A stretch of DNA of 64,000 nucleotides, from positions 1,268 to 65,267 of the forward strand of contig CAINEW010000022.1 in assembly GCA_903847915.1 (NCBI GenBank), in the 5' to 3' direction. This DNA is from an uncultured bacterium. GTDB lineage: Bacteria; Patescibacteriota; Minisyncoccia; UBA6257; GWB1-50-10. The translations under genes and the position numbers were made by a program. Positions within the stretch are counted from its first letter, which is position 1. Every line of letters begins with the position of its first letter. Of this stretch, positions 59,117 through 64,000 are shown in pieces. Under the pieces are notes generated by a model. That model did no database searches. It worked only from the letters and a program-made list of their open reading frames with translations, and had not been told where the DNA came from.

Positions 59117-59434
59117 ATGGATAATGTAAAACTTGTTATATTTGTGCCACTCACGCACACCGATATAGTACGCAAAACACTTGGAGAAGCGGGCGCAGGG
59201 AAAATAGGAAATTATGATTTTTGTTCTTTTTCTTCTCGGGGCATAGGACGTTTTCGTGGAAATGAAAAAGCGCATCCCGCGATTGGAGAGGCGGAAAATT
59301 ATGAAGCTATTGAAGAAGAAAGAGTTGAAGTGGTGGTACCACGATCAATACTAAAAGAAGTTATTGAAAAAGTAAAAGCAGTACATCCTTATGAGGAAGT
59401 TGCTTTTGATGTGTATCCATTGGAAAATTACTAA
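59117..59434 (+). CDS. small conserved protein resembling the PII-like insert domain of Nif3/YqfO proteins (stand-alone)
   Basis: VIFVPLTHTDIVRKTLGEAGAGKIGNYDFCSFSSRGIGRFRG...HPYEEVAFDVYPLE. Assignment is from memory of the family; 105 aa. Confidence 0.35.
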   Translation: MDNVKLVIFVPLTHTDIVRKTLGEAGAGKIGNYDFCSFSSRGIGRFRGNEKAHPAIGEAENYEAIEEERVEVVVPRSILKEVIEKVKAVHPYEEVAFDVYPLENY

Positions 59435-59638
59435 ACAATACGTTATAGTAAAACCATGAAAGGGGAGTGGAAATATGTGTATTTAATAGGGCTTGTGGTC
59501 ATATTAGGAGTAGTGTACCTCCTCCTTCGTGCGGTCGCGCCAAAAAATAGTACTACACCCTCCTTATTTAAGGGACCGGAAGGGACGCCGTTTGTGAAAG
59601 GCCCCACGGAGCCACCGCCAGCGGAACAATAGTAAAAT

Positions 59639-59712
59639 GCGAGATTAGTATAGTGGTAGTACGTAACATTGCCAATGTTAAGGCACCGGTTCGATCCCGG
59701 TATCCCGCACCA
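59639..59712 (+). tRNA. tRNA-Gly (anticodon GCC), CCA encoded
   Basis: GCGAGAT-TA-GTAT-AGTGGTA-GTAC; anticodon stem TAACA/TGTTA with loop TTGCCAA; T-arm ACCGG-TTCGATC-CCGGT; acceptor ATCCCGC-A-CCA. One A·C mismatch in the acceptor stem. Confidence 0.7.
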
Positions 59713-59771
59713 AAATAAAAAATCGAAAAAGGAAAGTTCCCTGCCCGACGGCAGGCGGGGATTCTCCTTAC
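59713..59771 (+). repeat. minimal tRNA-trailing element after tRNA-Gly
   Basis: Hairpin CCTGCC-CGAC-GGCAGG, then CGGGGATTCTCCTT, then TACCCGCACA, a near-copy of the tRNA-Gly 3' end ATCCCGCACCA. Confidence 0.4.
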
Positions 59772-59812
59772 CCGCACAGATAAAAAGATATGACACAAGG
59801 TCATATCTTTTT
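59772..59812. terminator. bidirectional terminator (AAAGATATGAC-ACAAG-GTCATATCTTT)
   Basis: Perfect 11-bp stem flanked by A-runs and T-runs; immediately downstream of the tyrS stop. Confidence 0.65.
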
Positions 59813-59820
59813 ATTTTATG

Positions 59821-60981
59821 CTATATAATTTTCCAAAAACGTTTCTTGCCAATTTTAAGAACCTCGCCACCTTTGAGTGATAACAATTCGGTCACATCAG
59901 TTTTTAACACTTCATTAATTTCCACGGCGCGTTGATCGATAAGCCGTCGCGCATCACTCTTACTTCCTTCGGTGGCACTACACACCAAATCAAGAAGAGT
60001 AATTAATTGTCCGCGATGATGCAAAAGAGGCATCTCTTGAGGCGTCTGTTTTTTTGAGAACACGCGCACAAATTCTTCTCGAGCTTCAAGCGCTTTTTTT
60101 TCTCCATGATACAGAGCGGTGATGGTTTCTGCGAGAAGCATTTTAGATTCATAAGGGCCAAAGTTTTCCGGAGCATCAAGAAAGGTAAGAAGCGTAAAAT
60201 ATTTCGGGACGAGTGAATCGGGGATGGACATTATTTTTCCAAACATAATTTCAGGTGCTTCGGTGAGCCCTACATAATTTCCAATACTCTTACTCATTTT
60301 CTTCACTCCATCAAGTCCCTCTATAATCGGCACAGTGAGCACGTCTTGTTCAGACATATTAAATGCGCGCTGAACACGGCGTCCCATAAGCATATTAAAT
60401 GTCTGATCAGTGCCTCCTAGCTCCACATCCGCGCGTATCGCAACCGAATCATACCCTTGAAGCAAGGGATAGAGCAGTTCAAGAAGAGCAATATCCGTGC
60501 CGGCACCAAGACGTTTTTCAAAATCATCACGTTTGAGCACTTGTTGCACGGTTGCGGTTTGCGCAAGCATAAGGAGTGCCGAAAGCCCCTTTTTCTCATG
60601 CCATTCGCTATTATGATGCACTTCTGTTTTTTTAACATCAATGATTTTTGACGCCTGTTTCAAGTATGTTTTTTCATTCTGTTTTACTTCTTGTACGGTG
60701 AGTGTTTTACGTGTTTCAGTACGCCCCGAAGGATCACCAATTCGGGCGGTAAAGTCGCCAATAATAAGAACGATTTTATGGCCCAAATCCTGAAACTGAC
60801 GAAGTTTACGGAGCACAACCGTATGTCCCAAATGAATATCGGGAGAGGTCGGATCAATGCCAAATTTCACGCGCAGTTTTTTACCGCTCCGAAGTGCTGA
60901 TTCAAGATGCTCGCGCACAATAACATCTTCAACTCCACGCGTAAGCACGCTCATAATTTTCTGCTCGTCTAATTTCTTCAT
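59821..60981 (-). CDS. tyrS: tyrosine--tRNA ligase
   Basis: PTSPDIHLGHTV (HIGH), KMSKSIGN, and a C-terminal S4-like domain; 386 aa. Confidence 0.9.
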   Translation of the reverse strand: MKKLDEQKIMSVLTRGVEDVIVREHLESALRSGKKLRVKFGIDPTSPDIHLGHTVVLRKLRQFQDLGHKIVLIIGDFTARIGDPSGRTETRKTLTVQEVKQNEKTYLKQASKIIDVKKTEVHHNSEWHEKKGLSALLMLAQTATVQQVLKRDDFEKRLGAGTDIALLELLYPLLQGYDSVAIRADVELGGTDQTFNMLMGRRVQRAFNMSEQDVLTVPIIEGLDGVKKMSKSIGNYVGLTEAPEIMFGKIMSIPDSLVPKYFTLLTFLDAPENFGPYESKMLLAETITALYHGEKKALEAREEFVRVFSKKQTPQEMPLLHHRGQLITLLDLVCSATEGSKSDARRLIDQRAVEINEVLKTDVTELLSLKGGEVLKIGKKRFWKII

Positions 60982-61123
60982 AAACCTATCTTACCACGAG
61001 TAACTAAAATGCAAAATCACAAGAATTCAATTTTCCTTGACTCTTATAAAAGAGAGGAGTATAACAATATCAGTAATTCGGCAATTATTTATTCACAATT
61101 TAACAAAAAAGAAAGGGATTCAT

Positions 61124-61777
61124 ATGCAAATCCAATTTGATGCATATATTACACAACGTCTTTTTGCTCGATCATTTCAGGAAATATTTCTTCTTCTTGA
61201 ACATTATGAAGTGGATCAAGAAGAAGTAATAAAAATAATGCAAAAAAAATTATGGAAAGATTTTGTATGGAATATAGACCTATTTCGCATTATAGACGAA
61301 ATAGGATTCAGCAAAATCAACAAAGCATTGTCATCAAAATCTCCTCCATTACTCAAAAGGTTAATTGATCACAATTGGGAAAGGGGATTTTATCCTCATA
61401 ACGATTCAGGGAACCATTCGGGCGTTCAAGAAGTATTAAAAGTGTGGTATCCGGAACGCAAGAACATGGACGCAAAAGAATTTGCAGAGAGAATTGTTTC
61501 GGTGTTTCTTGTCGAGGCACTTCTTATGGTGAGTGATGGTATTGATCGTTACGAAATTGACAAAACAATGGCGGCATTGTCATTTCCTTGTGGTGGACCA
61601 CTCCATACTATTGATTACATTACACCGCAGGTGTTAATGAATAATATGATTAATTGGTATGGGAAAAAGGATCCAGATCCGAAAAAAAGGGATATGATCA
61701 TGATAGCTCCGGAGTATTGTCCCAGTCTTTTGCAGCGATATGGGCATCCCTCTTCGGGTCCCATATTCGGTATGTAA
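61124..61777 (+). CDS. hypothetical protein with 3-hydroxyacyl-CoA dehydrogenase C-terminal-domain-like segment
   Basis: Start set at the MQIQF ATG, preceded by RBS AAGGGA. The segment FLVEALLMVSDGIDRYEIDKTMAALSFPCGGPLHTIDYI resembles 3HCDH_C (…EDIDKAMKLGAGMPMGPFEL.D.VGLD). No NAD-binding N-domain is present. Confidence 0.4.
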   Translation: MQIQFDAYITQRLFARSFQEIFLLLEHYEVDQEEVIKIMQKKLWKDFVWNIDLFRIIDEIGFSKINKALSSKSPPLLKRLIDHNWERGFYPHNDSGNHSGVQEVLKVWYPERKNMDAKEFAERIVSVFLVEALLMVSDGIDRYEIDKTMAALSFPCGGPLHTIDYITPQVLMNNMINWYGKKDPDPKKRDMIMIAPEYCPSLLQRYGHPSSGPIFGM

Positions 61778-61848
61778 AAAAGAAAAAACAGCTCGTGATG
61801 GGCTGTTTTTATATTGTGATGATATCTTACGATTGTGAGATATAATAG

Positions 61849-62433
61849 CTATTTTTTTGTTTTAATAATCTCGTCAATGAGACCATATTTTTTTGCTTCA
61901 TCTGCAGAAAGGTAAAAATCGCGATCGGTGTCTTTTTCAATCTGTGCTGATTTTTGACCAGTGTGTTTCACAAGAATCTGATTCAATTTGTCCTTAATTT
62001 TCAAGATCTGTCGCGCAGTAATTTCTATCTCGGTTGCTTGACCTTCAGCGCCTCCCATCACTTGGTGCAGGAGAATTTCGGCATTCGGAAGCGCAAACCG
62101 CTTTCCTTTGGCACCTGCAGTTAAAAGCACCGCACCCATAGAGGCCGCCATACCGACACAAATGGTGGAAACAGGGGATTTGACGTGTTGCATCGTATCA
62201 TAAATCGCAAGCCCCGCCGTCACCGATCCTCCTGGGGTGTTCAAATAAAGTTTAATATCTTTTTTATTGTCCTCATGATCTAAAAACAATAACTGTGCAA
62301 TCACGCTGTTTGCGACATCGTCCATAATCGGCCCGCCCAAAAAAATAATACGTTCTTTTAAAAGTCGCGAATAAATATCATACGCCCGCTCGCCGTACGA
62401 GGATTTTTCAATAACGGTAGGGATTAAATTCAT
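61849..62433 (-). CDS. clpP: ATP-dependent Clp protease proteolytic subunit
   Basis: …[20 protein letters not shown]… with catalytic Ser/His/Asp context; 194 aa. Confidence 0.92.
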   Translation of the reverse strand: MNLIPTVIEKSSYGERAYDIYSRLLKERIIFLGGPIMDDVANSVIAQLLFLDHEDNKKDIKLYLNTPGGSVTAGLAIYDTMQHVKSPVSTICVGMAASMGAVLLTAGAKGKRFALPNAEILLHQVMGGAEGQATEIEITARQILKIKDKLNQILVKHTGQKSAQIEKDTDRDFYLSADEAKKYGLIDEIIKTKK

Positions 62434-62481
62434 ATTATAAAATCGCTAATATACACTAATATACCACGAATAGCACCAATA

Positions 62482-62886
62482 TTAAAGCAAAACCCGCTTA
62501 GATTCAAGTCTCATATGCTGAAAATTTACAATAATCGCGAGTTTTAATTGAGTGGCTTCAAGATAGCGAAGTACTTGCTTTACATCACTTGCGCCAATTC
62601 GCCACACTTTCTTCACCTCAAGAATTATCTTGTCGTCAATAATAAAATCAGCAAAGAATCTTCCAAGGGGCATGTGTTCAAATTGTACAGGAATATACAC
62701 CTCGCGTTTAAATGGAATACTCGTTTCTTGTAATTTTATTTCAATCGCGCGCTGATAGTGTTTCTCTTGATATTTTGTACCAAGTTTATTATGGATTTCA
62801 AAAAGAATGCCGGTAAGTGTATAGCTTAATTCAGGATAAACTAATTGAGCAATATTTGTGTTATTAGTGCTCTTATTCGCGTCCAT
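62482..62886 (-). CDS. GxxExxY family protein (PD-(D/E)XK-like)
   Basis: TGILFEIHNKLGTKYQEKHYQRAI...FIIDDKIILEVKKV carries the GxxExxY signature; 134 aa. Confidence 0.65.
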   Translation of the reverse strand: MDANKSTNNTNIAQLVYPELSYTLTGILFEIHNKLGTKYQEKHYQRAIEIKLQETSIPFKREVYIPVQFEHMPLGRFFADFIIDDKIILEVKKVWRIGASDVKQVLRYLEATQLKLAIIVNFQHMRLESKRVLL

Positions 62887-62892
62887 TAGAGA

Positions 62893-63378
62893 TTAGGATC
62901 TAACGAGCTCGATAGATACTACGTCAAACTTCTTCATATCTCTAATGTTCTGTTTACTTCGTACGGTAATTTGCATACCTGCCTTGAGTGAGCTTGCAGG
63001 AAGAATGGTAATCGTCGGATTGCCTTGCGCGTCTATTTTAATGTAGTCGGTCAAGGTGATGGAGGTGTTGTTAAGGAGCGAGGCGAAGCGGATTTCTTTT
63101 GCGCGCGCGGTACCGTCCGTGTGGGGAAGATAATCATCTACACGCTCAATTTCTAAATCAATCGTCGCGCCATAGAGTGCTTTAATGGTGCCAGTCAATA
63201 CATGCAATTCATCCGGCGGTTTAGGAAAAGCGAGGTTTACGAGCGGATCAAGATTTTTCTTTGTCTCATCCACCCCCGTTTTATTCCCTTTTGAGTGACC
63301 TAAAGAATACGCGACGGCGCCCACAAGGGCAAGAAGCGCGATGCTTACCAACCCCCGAATAATCTTTTGTGTATCCAT
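62893..63378 (-). CDS. hypothetical membrane-anchored protein
   Basis: 161 aa; N-terminal TM helix and a beta-rich periplasmic domain. Confidence 0.45.
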   Translation of the reverse strand: MDTQKIIRGLVSIALLALVGAVAYSLGHSKGNKTGVDETKKNLDPLVNLAFPKPPDELHVLTGTIKALYGATIDLEIERVDDYLPHTDGTARAKEIRFASLLNNTSITLTDYIKIDAQGNPTITILPASSLKAGMQITVRSKQNIRDMKKFDVVSIELVRS

Positions 63379-63444
63379 ATAGCCCTATTATATCACAAAA
63401 GACTGTGGATGGTGTTTAAAAAGCGCGTTTGGTATAATAAAAAC

Positions 63445-63783
63445 ATGAGAGCAAAAGGAGAGAAAACAACATTAGATGGATTAGCTAAAATGATAGATAA
63501 GTTGGCAATATCAGTGCAGGAAGGATTTCAAGATAATGAAAAAAGATTTGACAAAATAGACGCAAGATTTCTTCAAATAGACGAAAAATTCATTGAAATA
63601 GATAATCGTCTCAATAAAATAGACGACGATATTAATTATGTAAATAACAATACGGAATACATGAGAGAAGAATTGCAAGAAATAAAAAAGAAATTAGGGA
63701 ATGTGGTATATCGTCACGAATACGAATTGTTAGAGAGTCGCGTAGGTGCATTGGAAAAGAAAATAAAACTCGCACGATCATAA
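63445..63783 (+). CDS. coiled-coil protein with KID/EID repeats
   Basis: Start placed at the MRAKGEK ATG. Internal repeats FDKIDARFLQIDEKFIEIDNRLNKIDDDI. A TATAAT sits 8 nt upstream of the ATG with no Shine-Dalgarno, so possibly leaderless. Confidence 0.45.
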   Translation: MRAKGEKTTLDGLAKMIDKLAISVQEGFQDNEKRFDKIDARFLQIDEKFIEIDNRLNKIDDDINYVNNNTEYMREELQEIKKKLGNVVYRHEYELLESRVGALEKKIKLARS

Positions 63784-63800
63784 TATGGTATACTAAAATC

Positions 63801-64000
63801 AATGAAGAAAAACTTTTTGAAAAATCCGTTTTTTTATATCGCGCTCGTAAGTGTCATCGGAATTGGAATCATCGGTATTCTACCCGCAAGTGCAGGATGG
63901 ACAGCACCGACACAACCATTTCCGAACGGCAACACCGAAGCCCCGCTTGATACAAGTAATATTACCCAAAAAAAATTAGGAAGAATTATTTTTGATAAGG
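63801..64000 (+). CDS. secreted protein, 5' partial (runs off window)
   Basis: Begins MKKNFLKNPFFYIALVSVIGIGIIG with a signal/TM helix. The ORF is open to the end of the window. Confidence 0.4.

Noticed and set aside
59443-59804. ORFs 59443-59796(-) and 59568-59804(-)
   Set aside because: They overlap tRNA-Gly(GCC), its trailer and the tyrS terminator.

Overview
This looks like a compact, gene-dense bacterial chromosome segment of about 43% GC with a CPR/Patescibacteria-like character. Evidence for that is the short housekeeping proteins (IF2 at about 490 aa, ValRS at about 720 aa, a four-domain S1), a tandem family of small TrbC/VirB2-like pilin proteins, and many small secreted or membrane hypotheticals. 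Most of the window is core machinery: gyrA, rpsA, ftsH, glmS, recA, ftsK, nusA, the H+-PPase hppA, valS, tsaD, recO, glyQS, metG, tatD, leuS, htrA, rbfA-infB, tyrS and clpP. I could fold 13 tRNA genes by hand, mostly concentrated between 51.9 and 59.8 kb, and found no rRNA, CRISPR array, transposase or integrase. The most unusual content is non-coding. At least five tRNA genes are followed, and one is preceded, by members of a family of 60-220 nt mosaic elements. Each element carries an inverted copy of its own tRNA T-arm, two hairpins whose stems co-vary between copies, a shared roughly 48-nt palindromic core found in either orientation, a 'GTAGCTTTAGCGAAGG' box, and a direct repeat of the last 15-19 nt of the adjacent tRNA. 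I do not recognise this as a described element class. Other notable points are a minus-strand operon of a sugar-type solute-binding protein, a beta-sandwich/pilin-anchor fusion and three paralogous pilins; a beta-propeller protein with a T9SS-type C-terminal sorting domain in an otherwise CPR-like context; an AT-rich islet with a 372-codon reading frame broken by one in-frame TAA; a roughly 100-nt conserved MKLHN leader motif at two loci; a GIY-YIG nuclease gene whose ATG overlaps the encoded CCA of tRNA-Leu; tRNAs with unusual anticodons (Ile-UAU, Arg-GCG); and coding microsatellites inside leuS.
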